Shown here piece by piece: positions 30,290-36,805 of a DNA stretch of 64,000 nt; the stretch's first letter is position 1; each line of letters begins with the position of its first letter. The stretch lies in the IMG/VR virus record IMGVR_UViG_3300025732_000019; one strand, written 5' to 3'. The translations under genes were made by a program, and so were the position numbers. Below the pieces are notes generated by a model. The model saw only the letters and a program-made list of their open reading frames with translations, was not told the origin of the DNA and ran no database searches. This stretch comes from a virus.

Positions 30290-30330
30290 AAACCCCTGCC
30301 GGAGTAAAATCCCGCAGGGGTTTTTTGTTT
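30290..30330 (+). terminator. Intrinsic terminator/attenuator upstream of tRNA array
   Basis: AAACCCCTGC...GCAGGGGTTT followed by TTTGTTTT. Confidence 0.85.
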
Positions 30331-30377
30331 TCTGAGAACTGTGGTATACTTCGAAAATGCTACAGTAATGCATATAC

Positions 30378-30453
30378 GAGCTTGTAGCTCAATTGGCAGA
30401 GCAGCAGCCTCTTAAGCTGTTGGTTGAAGGTTCGACTCCTTCCGGGCTCACCA
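30378..30453 (+). tRNA. tRNA-Lys(CTT)
   Basis: Cloverleaf, loop CT-CTT-AA, CCA. Confidence 0.92.
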
Positions 30454-30487
30454 CGTTTTTTGACAACTGCATATCATCCGAAAATGG

Positions 30488-30564
30488 CGCGGGAATGGAG
30501 CAACGGTGGCTCATCAGCCTCATAACCTGAAAATCGGTGGGTTCAATTCCCACTCCCGCAACCA
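30488..30564 (+). tRNA. tRNA-fMet(CAT), initiator-like
   Basis: C1:A72 mismatch, loop CT-CAT-AA, CCA; anticodon stem lacks three G-C pairs. Confidence 0.8.
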
Positions 30565-30565
30565 T

Positions 30566-30639
30566 CCGCATGTCGCTCAATGGCAGAGCAGCACGTTTAC
30601 ACCGTGCCTATGGGAGTTCGATTCTCTCCGTGCGGACCA
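30566..30639 (+). tRNA. tRNA-Val(TAC)
   Basis: GCACG-TT-TAC-AC-CGTGC, CCA. Confidence 0.9.
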
Positions 30640-30644
30640 GTTGT

Positions 30645-30728
30645 ACCGATGTGGCGGAAAGGCATACGCGCTAGTCTGAGATACTAGTGGGGCAACCCAT
30701 AAGAGTTCGACTCTCTTCATCGGTACCA
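30645..30728 (+). tRNA. tRNA-Leu(GAG)
   Basis: CTAGT-CT-GAG-AT-ACTAG, variable arm, CCA. Confidence 0.9.
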
Positions 30729-30733
30729 GATAG

Positions 30734-30819
30734 GCCCGATTGGCGTAATTGGCAGCCGCGCTTGCCTTAGAAGCAAGTGTCTTATTGACGTGTAGGTTCG
30801 ACTCCTACATCGGGCACCA
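30734..30819 (+). tRNA. tRNA-Leu(TAG)
   Basis: CTTGC-CT-TAG-AA-GCAAG, variable arm, CCA. Confidence 0.9.
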
Positions 30820-30828
30820 GATTGTCAT

Positions 30829-30918
30829 GGAGAGTTGGCTGAGTGGCCGAAAGCAGCAGGTTGCTAACCTGTCGTGGTGTCACAACCACCACTGGTTCGA
30901 ATCCAGTACTCTCCGCCA
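30829..30918 (+). tRNA. tRNA-Ser(GCT)
   Basis: GCAGG-TT-GCT-AA-CCTGT, long variable arm, G73, CCA. Confidence 0.92.
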
Positions 30919-30921
30919 GTT

Positions 30922-30998
30922 GGGGTTGTAGTTTAGTTGGTGAGAACACTCGCCTGTCACGCGAGAGGTCGCGGGTTCGATCCCCGTCAACCCCGCCA
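30922..30998 (+). tRNA. tRNA-Asp(GTC)
   Basis: CTCGC-CT-GTC-AC-GCGAG, CCA. Confidence 0.92.
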
Positions 30999-31003
30999 AA
31001 TAT

Positions 31004-31077
31004 TGGGATGTAGTGTAATGGGAGCACCGGAGTCTCTGAAGCTCTTTGTCTAGGTTCGAATCCTAGCATCCCAGCCA
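31004..31077 (+). tRNA. tRNA-Gln(CTG)
   Basis: Loop CT-CTG-AA, U1-A72, CCA. Confidence 0.88.
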
Positions 31078-31085
31078 GATTTCAT

Positions 31086-31159
31086 TACCATGTCGTCCAA
31101 TGGCAGGACAACGGACTTTGAATCCGTGAATGGTGGTTCGAGTCCACCCGTGGTAGCCA
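31086..31159 (+). tRNA. tRNA-Gln(TTG)
   Basis: ACGGA-CT-TTG-AA-TCCGT, CCA. Confidence 0.9.
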
Positions 31160-31165
31160 CGTTTT

Positions 31166-31250
31166 GCCGGGTTCGCATAGTGGCGATTGCACCGCTCTTG
31201 TAAGGCGGCGAGGAAACTCCACGTCGGTTCGAGTCCGACACCCGGCTCCA
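31166..31250 (+). tRNA. tRNA-Thr(TGT) with long variable arm
   Basis: CCGCT-CT-TGT-AA-GGCGG, extra arm GAG-GAAA-CTC, CCA. Confidence 0.8.
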
Positions 31251-31254
31251 GTAT

Positions 31255-31330
31255 GCCATCGTAGCTCAATTGGGAGAGCAAGACTTTCGTAAAGTCGAGG
31301 TTGGAGGTTCAAGCCCTCTCGATGGCTCCA
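31255..31330 (+). tRNA. tRNA-Thr(CGT)
   Basis: GACT-TT-CGT-AA-AGTC, CCA. Confidence 0.85.
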
Positions 31331-31333
31331 TCT

Positions 31334-31410
31334 CGGAACGTAGCTCAGTTGGTTAGAGCAATCGCTTGATAAGCGATAGGTCGCTGGTTCGACTCCAGCC
31401 GTTCCGACCA
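31334..31410 (+). tRNA. tRNA-Ile(GAT)
   Basis: ATCGC-TT-GAT-AA-GCGAT, CCA. Confidence 0.92.
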
Positions 31411-31417
31411 CACATGT

Positions 31418-31491
31418 GGGTCAGAAGTGTTATGGTAGCACAGTGGCCTCCAAAACCGCGAGCGTAGGTTCGACTCCTACCTGATCCGCCA
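31418..31491 (+). tRNA. tRNA-Trp(CCA)
   Basis: Loop CT-CCA-AA, G73, CCA. Confidence 0.85.
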
Positions 31492-31516
31492 ATTTATTGC
31501 GAGTTATTTAATTTAC

Positions 31517-31591
31517 GGCGGTATCTTCTAATGGTTAGGAAAGTGCTCTTTCAAGGCAACAATCGGGGTTCGATTCCCCGTACCGCTACCA
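31517..31591 (+). tRNA. tRNA-Glu(TTC)
   Basis: Loop CT-TTC-AA, CCA. Confidence 0.85.
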
Positions 31592-31604
31592 GTATTTTGA
31601 TTAT

Positions 31605-31679
31605 GCCGCTTAGGCTTAGACAGCGAAGCACGACATTGGTAATGTCGAGAGCAGGGCGCACGTCCCTGAAGCGGCTCCA
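31605..31679 (+). tRNA. tRNA-Thr(GGT), atypical T-loop
   Basis: CGACA-TT-GGT-AA-TGTCG; T-loop CGCACGT instead of TTCRANY; CCA. Confidence 0.7.
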
Positions 31680-31683
31680 TTTC

Positions 31684-31759
31684 GGGCCCGTAGCTCAGTT
31701 GGGAGAGCGCCGCCTTTGCAAGGCGGATGTCGCAGGTTCGATCCCTGTCGGGTCCACCA
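31684..31759 (+). tRNA. tRNA-Ala(TGC)
   Basis: G3:U70, CCGCC-TT-TGC-AA-GGCGG, CCA. Confidence 0.93.
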
Positions 31760-31764
31760 GTTTC

Positions 31765-31850
31765 GGCGCGTTCGCATAGCGGCAATTGCATCTGGCTGTA
31801 AACCAGACGACCCACGGTCTACGGTAGTTCGAGTCTACCACGCGCCACCA
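31765..31850 (+). tRNA. tRNA-Tyr(GTA)
   Basis: TCTGG-CT-GTA-AA-CCAGA, variable arm, CCA. Confidence 0.9.
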
Positions 31851-31852
31851 TC

Positions 31853-31932
31853 TTTACCGACCGATACGTGTAGAGTATATCCACACGCAGTAAGTCCATC
31901 AAGGGTCGCAACCTTGGGCAACGGTCGGTAAA
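31853..31932 (+). ncRNA. Unidentified three-way-junction RNA inside tRNA array
   Basis: 11-bp closing stem TTTACCGACCG/CGGTCGGTAAA, inner stems CGTGT/ACACG and CAAGG/CCTTG. Confidence 0.65.
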
Positions 31933-31941
31933 TCTTTTTGT

Positions 31942-32016
31942 TGGGATGTAGCTCAATGGCAGAGCGTTCGGCTGTTAACCGAATGGTTGTAGGTTCGAGT
32001 CCTACCGTCCCAGCCA
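31942..32016 (+). tRNA. tRNA-Asn(GTT)
   Basis: TTCGG-CT-GTT-AA-CCGAA, CCA. Confidence 0.93.
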
Positions 32017-32026
32017 TCTCTAAAAC

Positions 32027-32100
32027 GCGGCATTGGTGTAGTGGAAGCATGGAACCTTGCCAAGGTTCAGGTATCGGATCGTTACCGATATGCCGCTCCA
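32027..32100 (+). tRNA. tRNA-Gly(GCC)
   Basis: GAACC-TT-GCC-AA-GGTTC, T-loop ATCGTTA, CCA. Confidence 0.8.
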
Positions 32101-32101
32101 C

Positions 32102-32172
32102 GCGGGTATGGTATATCGGTTGTGCCTCGGCCTTCCAAGCCGAAGAAGTCGGTTCGACCCCGACTACCCGCT
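32102..32172 (+). tRNA. tRNA-Gly(TCC), no encoded CCA
   Basis: TCGGC-CT-TCC-AA-GCCGA. Confidence 0.85.
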
Positions 32173-32188
32173 TACCCAATCCATTTTT

Positions 32189-32263
32189 GTGCCGTTGGCT
32201 GATTGACGAGGCGAACGCCTGCAAAGCGTTTTCAAGATGGTTTGATTCCATCACGGCACTCCA
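32189..32263 (+). tRNA. tRNA-Cys(GCA)
   Basis: AACGC-CT-GCA-AA-GCGTT, U73, CCA. Confidence 0.85.
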
Positions 32264-32268
32264 TCTAT

Positions 32269-32344
32269 GGTGGTATAACTCGATTGGAACAGAGGGCAGA
32301 CTGTGACTCTGCTGAAGCGGGTTCGATTCCCGTATACCACCCCA
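32269..32344 (+). tRNA. tRNA-His(GTG)
   Basis: G-1:C73, GCAGA-CT-GTG-AC-TCTGC, CCA. Confidence 0.88.
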
Positions 32345-32347
32345 TAT

Positions 32348-32424
32348 CGGAGAGTGGGCTAAAGGCTGGCCGCCTGCCTTGGGAGCAGGATATCAAGCGA
32401 GTTCGATTCTCGCCTCTCCGACCA
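32348..32424 (+). tRNA. tRNA-Pro(TGG)
   Basis: CCTGC-CT-TGG-GA-GCAGG, CCA. Confidence 0.88.
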
Positions 32425-32428
32425 TCTT

Positions 32429-32503
32429 GGGTCGTAAGCATTCGTGGTGATGCTCTAGACTTTTAATCTGGCGAACCGAGTTCGACTCTCGGACGACCCA
32501 CCA
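32429..32503 (+). tRNA. tRNA-Lys(TTT)
   Basis: CTAGA-CT-TTT-AA-TCTGG, CCA. Confidence 0.88.
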
Positions 32504-32531
32504 TTTATCTTTCGGATGATATGCAGTATAT

Positions 32532-32607
32532 GTCGGTGTGGTCTAACGGAGAAGGCACGGTGTTTCTACCACCGAAGATGTGGGTTCGACTCCTACCACC
32601 GACACCA
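32532..32607 (+). tRNA. tRNA-Arg(TCT)
   Basis: CGGTG-TT-TCT-AC-CACCG, CCA. Confidence 0.85.
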
Positions 32608-32611
32608 GTAT

Positions 32612-32686
32612 ACCAGTGAAGCCGATTGGCGAGGCGCGACGCCCATACCGTCGTTGTAGTGGGTTCGATTCCCTCCGCTGGTACCA
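32612..32686 (+). tRNA. tRNA-Met or Ile2 (CAT) with C33
   Basis: CGACG-CC-CAT-AC-CGTCG, CCA. Confidence 0.75.
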
Positions 32687-32687
32687 C

Positions 32688-32765
32688 GGGCACCGAGCGA
32701 GTCTGGTGATTCCGCGCCTGTCTGAAGAGCAGGAGAATGTGGTTCGATTCCACAGGTGCCCACCA
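32688..32765 (+). tRNA. tRNA-Phe(GAA)
   Basis: CCTGT-CT-GAA-GA-GCAGG, CCA. Confidence 0.85.
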
Positions 32766-32772
32766 CATGTAC

Positions 32773-32855
32773 ACCCGCGTGTCGTAATGGCAGCCGAGGT
32801 AGACTCAAAATCTACTGCTCGAAAGAGCGTACTGGTTCGATTCCAGTCGCGGGTA
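32773..32855 (+). tRNA. tRNA-Leu(CAA), no encoded CCA
   Basis: GTAGA-CT-CAA-AA-TCTAC, variable arm. Confidence 0.88.
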
Positions 32856-32868
32856 CTATCTAAGTACA

Positions 32869-33420
32869 ATGAGCGCAGATATGGAACAGACACTCTTACT
32901 CAACGCAACCTACGAACCAATGGACGTCGTGCACTGGCAACGAGCGATGACGTTATGGTGTCAGGGAAAAGTGGAAATCGTCGAAACACATGATCGCGAA
33001 GTGCATGCGGTGACGTTCTCCTTCAAACTACCGTCTGTGGTGCGACTCCTTCGGTGTGTGCGTTCCAAGCGGCGGCCTGAAGTACAGTTCACACGGGCGA
33101 ACATCTATGCCCGAGATAACTATACCTGTCAATACTGTCGTCAGACCTATGCCACGCACGAACTGACATTTGATCATGTGCTGCCAGTCTCCCGAGGCGG
33201 GAAACGTAGTTGGGATAATATCGTCACGTGTTGTCTTCCGTGCAATCGTTCCAAAGGTTCCAAGACGCCACACGAGGCGCAGATGGTGTTGCTGCGTAAA
33301 CCTGCGAAACCCGCGTATACACCGGTGTTTCGTATCACACTCGGTATGCGGAAGACGCCCGAGAACTGGCGCGACTATTTGTATTGGTCAACAGAACTTG
33401 TCAACGACAACGATGCATAA
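32869..33420 (+). CDS. HNH endonuclease
   Basis: LLLNATYEP, RDNYTCQYC, TFDHVLPVSRGG...WDNIVTCC..CN..KG. Confidence 0.93.
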   Translation: MSADMEQTLLLNATYEPMDVVHWQRAMTLWCQGKVEIVETHDREVHAVTFSFKLPSVVRLLRCVRSKRRPEVQFTRANIYARDNYTCQYCRQTYATHELTFDHVLPVSRGGKRSWDNIVTCCLPCNRSKGSKTPHEAQMVLLRKPAKPAYTPVFRITLGMRKTPENWRDYLYWSTELVNDNDA

Positions 33421-33521
33421 CAGGAGATCGTGACGGATGCTCTCTGAATTGGGTGACATTGCTATGGCGTGGTTTCGTTCAACCTTTTTTGTGGTATAAT
33501 ATGTCTCGTGTAACATTGTAT

Positions 33522-33608
33522 TGGCGTGTGTCCGGAATGGCATCGGCCCTGACTGTTAATCAGTGCGCCCGAAAGGGAATGTAGGTTCGAATCCTACCAC
33601 GCCAGCCA
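33522..33608 (+). tRNA. tRNA-Asn(GTT) with long variable arm
   Basis: CTGA-CT-GTT-AA-TCAG, extra arm CCC-GAAA-GGG, G73, CCA; own TGTGGTATAAT promoter at 33490-33500. Confidence 0.8.
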
Positions 33609-33696
33609 TCTCTAAAACGCGTTGTTTGGTATGAACGTTGCATCGTTACCACTAAAACGTGTGCATATCGCACACCACATATAATAAGGAATAGTC

Positions 33697-34359
33697 ATGA
33701 GGAAAAAATTACTCGTTTTCAGCTTCATCAGTCTTCTGAGTGCCGCCTGTGCAACCAAGACATTTGTGCGCCAGTCCGTACAGCAAGTCGAACAGCGTGT
33801 CGAGGATCAAGAGCAGCGCACACAGCAGAAGATTGATGCCTTGAACGCAGGGTTGTCACAGCAGCAGGATCGGCTCGCAGGCACCCAAGAACACGTCGGT
33901 CGTGTCGAAACCCATGCCGCGTCGGCCGAGAAACACGCACAGACAGCGCAGGCGTCAGCGGATGGGGCCCATCAGCGTACGCAGGCACTCGAACTCACGC
34001 TGTCCAATGTGAATCGTCAGGTCGTGCTGGCGGATCGGGCACAGGGGTTCACTCGCAACTCGGCGCGGCTGTCGCGTGAGACGCAGGCGGCGCTCGATGC
34101 GTTTGTGGATGAAGTGCGTCGCCAGCAACTGGTCTGGATTGAAATTGAAGGGCATACCGACAATACCGGCAACGCGGCCTATAACGCACAGTTGAGTGTG
34201 GCTCGTGCAGAAGTGGTGCGTCAGTATCTGGCGTCGAAAGGTGTGCCGCTACACAAGATGACCGTGATTGGGTATGGTGTGACGCGCCCGGTGGCGCCGA
34301 ATCGCACTCGCGGCGGTCGCGCACAGAATCGTCGCGTCGTCGTACGAGCGGTGCGCTAA
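33697..34359 (+). CDS. OmpA-family peptidoglycan-binding lipoprotein
   Basis: Lipobox LSAAC, coiled coil, IEGHTDNTG...N..LS..RAE.V, NRRV. Confidence 0.9.
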   Translation: MRKKLLVFSFISLLSAACATKTFVRQSVQQVEQRVEDQEQRTQQKIDALNAGLSQQQDRLAGTQEHVGRVETHAASAEKHAQTAQASADGAHQRTQALELTLSNVNRQVVLADRAQGFTRNSARLSRETQAALDAFVDEVRRQQLVWIEIEGHTDNTGNAAYNAQLSVARAEVVRQYLASKGVPLHKMTVIGYGVTRPVAPNRTRGGRAQNRRVVVRAVR

Positions 34360-34370
34360 TACGTGTGTGG

Positions 34371-34402
34371 GGATGCCCGCTCAGTCACCTGAGCGGGTGT
34401 CT
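34371..34402. terminator. Hairpin between convergent genes
   Basis: GCCCGCTCAG-TCAC-CTGAGCGGGT. Confidence 0.65.
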
Positions 34403-35177
34403 ACTCAGCCAGCACTTCTTTCGGTCGATACCAGCGATATCGCTTCTCTTGCCATGCTTTCAATGCCACTCGAAACCGACTCACGGGAATCGCGACAATC
34501 GTACTTTCGCCAATCGACCCCACCAGAAATCCAATAATCGTACGCTGCGTCTGAGAGACTAACGCACTGCCGGAGGAACCGCCATTGACACCCGCTTGCT
34601 GCAAGACGAGAGAGTGCTGCCAGTTGATGTCATTCTGCTTGACAGGGCGATCCAGATCCAGACTGGTAACGCTGCCAGAGAAGACTTGTTTGCCAAGACC
34701 GAGCGGTGACGCAATATTCCAATACAATGCAGGGATCACTTCATGCTGCTCATCGCCGAGTGGAATGACAGGCCAGTGTTTGGTCGTCTCCACCTCAAAC
34801 ACGGCGAAGTCTTCGCCACGCGACTGGTATCCGATGAACACCGGTTCCGCAGGCCAAAACGTTTTCTCAGCATGTTCGTCGAACGTGATGAAGAACGGCG
34901 TTTCCGCAGACGCACTTAATTCTTTGTCACGATTGTCGGAGCCGATGCAGTGCGCGGCCGTGACGAATCGATACCCCGTCTTGATGCGCTCGTATGCGGT
35001 CGCCGTACACGCCATGCGCATGCTCCCGGATTGATCCTGGCTATAGAGCAAGCCCACCGCATTCTGAATTGTCGTAATGAACTCGGTATCTGACTGTCGT
35101 GATTGTGCACGACCACTCTGAGTACTCAGGAGCATCACGATCACGGCACATATCGACCATACGCGAAGATGAGACAT
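34401..35177 (-). CDS. Secreted trypsin-like serine protease
   Basis: Signal peptide, VTAAHC, DFAVF, GGSSGSAL; AGGAG SD. Confidence 0.88.
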   Translation of the reverse strand: MSHLRVWSICAVIVMLLSTQSGRAQSRQSDTEFITTIQNAVGLLYSQDQSGSMRMACTATAYERIKTGYRFVTAAHCIGSDNRDKELSASAETPFFITFDEHAEKTFWPAEPVFIGYQSRGEDFAVFEVETTKHWPVIPLGDEQHEVIPALYWNIASPLGLGKQVFSGSVTSLDLDRPVKQNDINWQHSLVLQQAGVNGGSSGSALVSQTQRTIIGFLVGSIGESTIVAIPVSRFRVALKAWQEKRYRWYRPKEVLAE

Positions 35178-35381
35178 GAGAATTTCTCCTTGAGCATATT
35201 TAGCAGAAACGCGGTTCTCACCGCATGAATTCCTATAACGTGTTGATATGACAGATGTTACGGGTAGTCTATACATATTTTGCATCAATCCATCCGGGTC
35301 GATACAATAAATATATCATCACGGGTGCTCGTAAGTCGTAGAATCTACACCACTTATACGTCATCATTCGTCTGCCCGGAG

Positions 35382-35410
35382 TTGACATCTTCATACACAG
35401 TCACTATAAT
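35382..35410 (+). promoter_or_regulatory. Consensus sigma70 promoter
   Basis: TTGACA-17-TATAAT; degenerate cassette palindrome at 35331-35357. Confidence 0.85.
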
Positions 35411-35416
35411 ACACGC

Positions 35417-35530
35417 ATGCTTAATCATCAGTTTTCATTGACGGTATGGGATATTGTCGTACTGTTCATCGATGCGACATTCTTTGCTCTTGGGATTGGG
35501 TTTTACCTGCTACATATGGGAGTCATCTAA
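35417..35530 (+). CDS. 37-aa leaderless membrane peptide
   Basis: MLNHQFSLTVWDIVVLFIDATFFALGIGFYLLHMGVI; ATG 6 nt after -10. Confidence 0.5.
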   Translation: MLNHQFSLTVWDIVVLFIDATFFALGIGFYLLHMGVI

Positions 35531-35532
35531 TC

Positions 35533-35739
35533 ATGCATCGTCTCCGTCGCGTCTCGTCGCGATCATCAGTGCCTTCGTTTCAGTTGTTTCGTGTCGTCGA
35601 GCGGCATCCCGTCACGGGAGAGTTTGTCGTGAGTGCCTCTCTGACGCTGCGAGATGCGGAAGCGTTAGCGGATCGGTGTCTCGCGAGTCGGCCGCCGCAG
35701 TCGCGTGTACTGTATGCGGTTGAACCGATGGGTCGCTAA
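35533..35739 (+). CDS. Hypothetical protein
   Basis: Tightly packed operon-like ORF. Confidence 0.45.
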   Translation: MHRLRRVSSRSSVPSFQLFRVVERHPVTGEFVVSASLTLRDAEALADRCLASRPPQSRVLYAVEPMGR

Positions 35740-35750
35740 CGGAATCGCGC

Positions 35751-35978
35751 ATGTCCGCCACAGGTTCATTACTCAGTCTCAGTGAAGAGGAACTACTCTT
35801 ATTGCATGAGTTATTGACGTTTGTGATTACGCATTACGAAGGCACCGATGCTATGACGGATGACGCGCTCGATGCGTTTATGAGATTGCAACAGAAGATC
35901 AACTTTCTGTTGGAAGTGACAGCGTTTCAGCGCGCCGTGACGCTACCCCATAGTAACACGTCATCACAAGTACATTAG
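35751..35978 (+). CDS. Hypothetical protein
   Basis: Helical 75 aa ORF, LSEEELLLL motif similar to 40898 ORF (LTEDELTFL). Confidence 0.55.
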   Translation: MSATGSLLSLSEEELLLLHELLTFVITHYEGTDAMTDDALDAFMRLQQKINFLLEVTAFQRAVTLPHSNTSSQVH

Positions 35979-35998
35979 TGAGGAGAAAAGAGATAAAG

Positions 35999-36280
35999 AT
36001 GATTCGAATGTATCAGCATATTGTGTGTGCGGATGGTGCCTCGGTGAGCATTCAGGCGGGTCGGCATATGTACTGCACTCCGCGTGATGACCGTGGCCCC
36101 TACACGCACATCGAAGCAGGGTTTCCCTCGGTGGAACCGCCCGCGTCGTGGCGCGAGTATGCGGAAGAACTCGACGCACTGACCGAGACAGTCTACGGCT
36201 ACATGCCGTTCGACTGCGTGGATGAGTTCATCAACATCCACGGTGGCATGGTGAGCGGGGAACTGCCGCAGAGAGCATAA
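35999..36280 (+). CDS. Conserved-looking phage hypothetical protein
   Basis: IVCADG.SVSIQAG..MYCTPR...YTHIE.GFPS...VYGY; GAGGAG SD. Confidence 0.7.
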   Translation: MIRMYQHIVCADGASVSIQAGRHMYCTPRDDRGPYTHIEAGFPSVEPPASWREYAEELDALTETVYGYMPFDCVDEFINIHGGMVSGELPQRA

Positions 36281-36295
36281 GGAGAGGGTGAGAGT

Positions 36296-36787
36296 ATGTT
36301 TATCACACATCGCAACGGGTCGGTCATTACTGACCAGTATGCATCGGTCGCTGACGCGGTTCATGCCGGCGTGGATCTGTCGTATGCGAATCTGACGGGT
36401 GCGAATCTGACGGGTGCGGATCTGACGGGTGCGAATCTGTCGTATGCGAATCTGTCGGATGCGAATCTGACGGGTGCGAATCTGACGGGTGCGGATCTGA
36501 CGGGTGCGAATCTGTCGTATGCGAATCTGACGGGTGCGAATCTGTCGTATGCGAATCTGACGGGTGCGAATCTGACGGGTGCGGATCTGACGGGTGCGGA
36601 TCTGTCGTATGCGAATCTGTTGGGTGCGAATCTGTGGGGTGCGAATCTGGCGTCAGCACATCTGTATCGTGCGGTTCTGACGGATGCGGTTCTGACCCGT
36701 GCGAATCTGGCAGGTGCGAATCTGTTGGGTGCGACTCTGACGGGTGCGTGGACGTTTCTCGGTAATCAACTCGTGTCGTTGGCATAG
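36296..36787 (+). CDS. Pentapeptide repeat protein
   Basis: A(N/D)L(T/S)G tandem repeats; 15-bp DNA repeat. Confidence 0.93.
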   Translation: MFITHRNGSVITDQYASVADAVHAGVDLSYANLTGANLTGADLTGANLSYANLSDANLTGANLTGADLTGANLSYANLTGANLSYANLTGANLTGADLTGADLSYANLLGANLWGANLASAHLYRAVLTDAVLTRANLAGANLLGATLTGAWTFLGNQLVSLA

Positions 36788-36805
36788 AGGAGAGAGAGAG
36801 AACCC

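Noticed and set aside
32532-32607. Possible amber suppressor tRNA (CTA visible in the loop)
   Set aside because: Stem CGGTG/CACCG frames the loop TT-TCT-AC, so the anticodon is TCT (Arg)
30389-32993. ORFs overlapping the tRNA array
   Set aside because: Translations of tRNA sequence with no protein motifs
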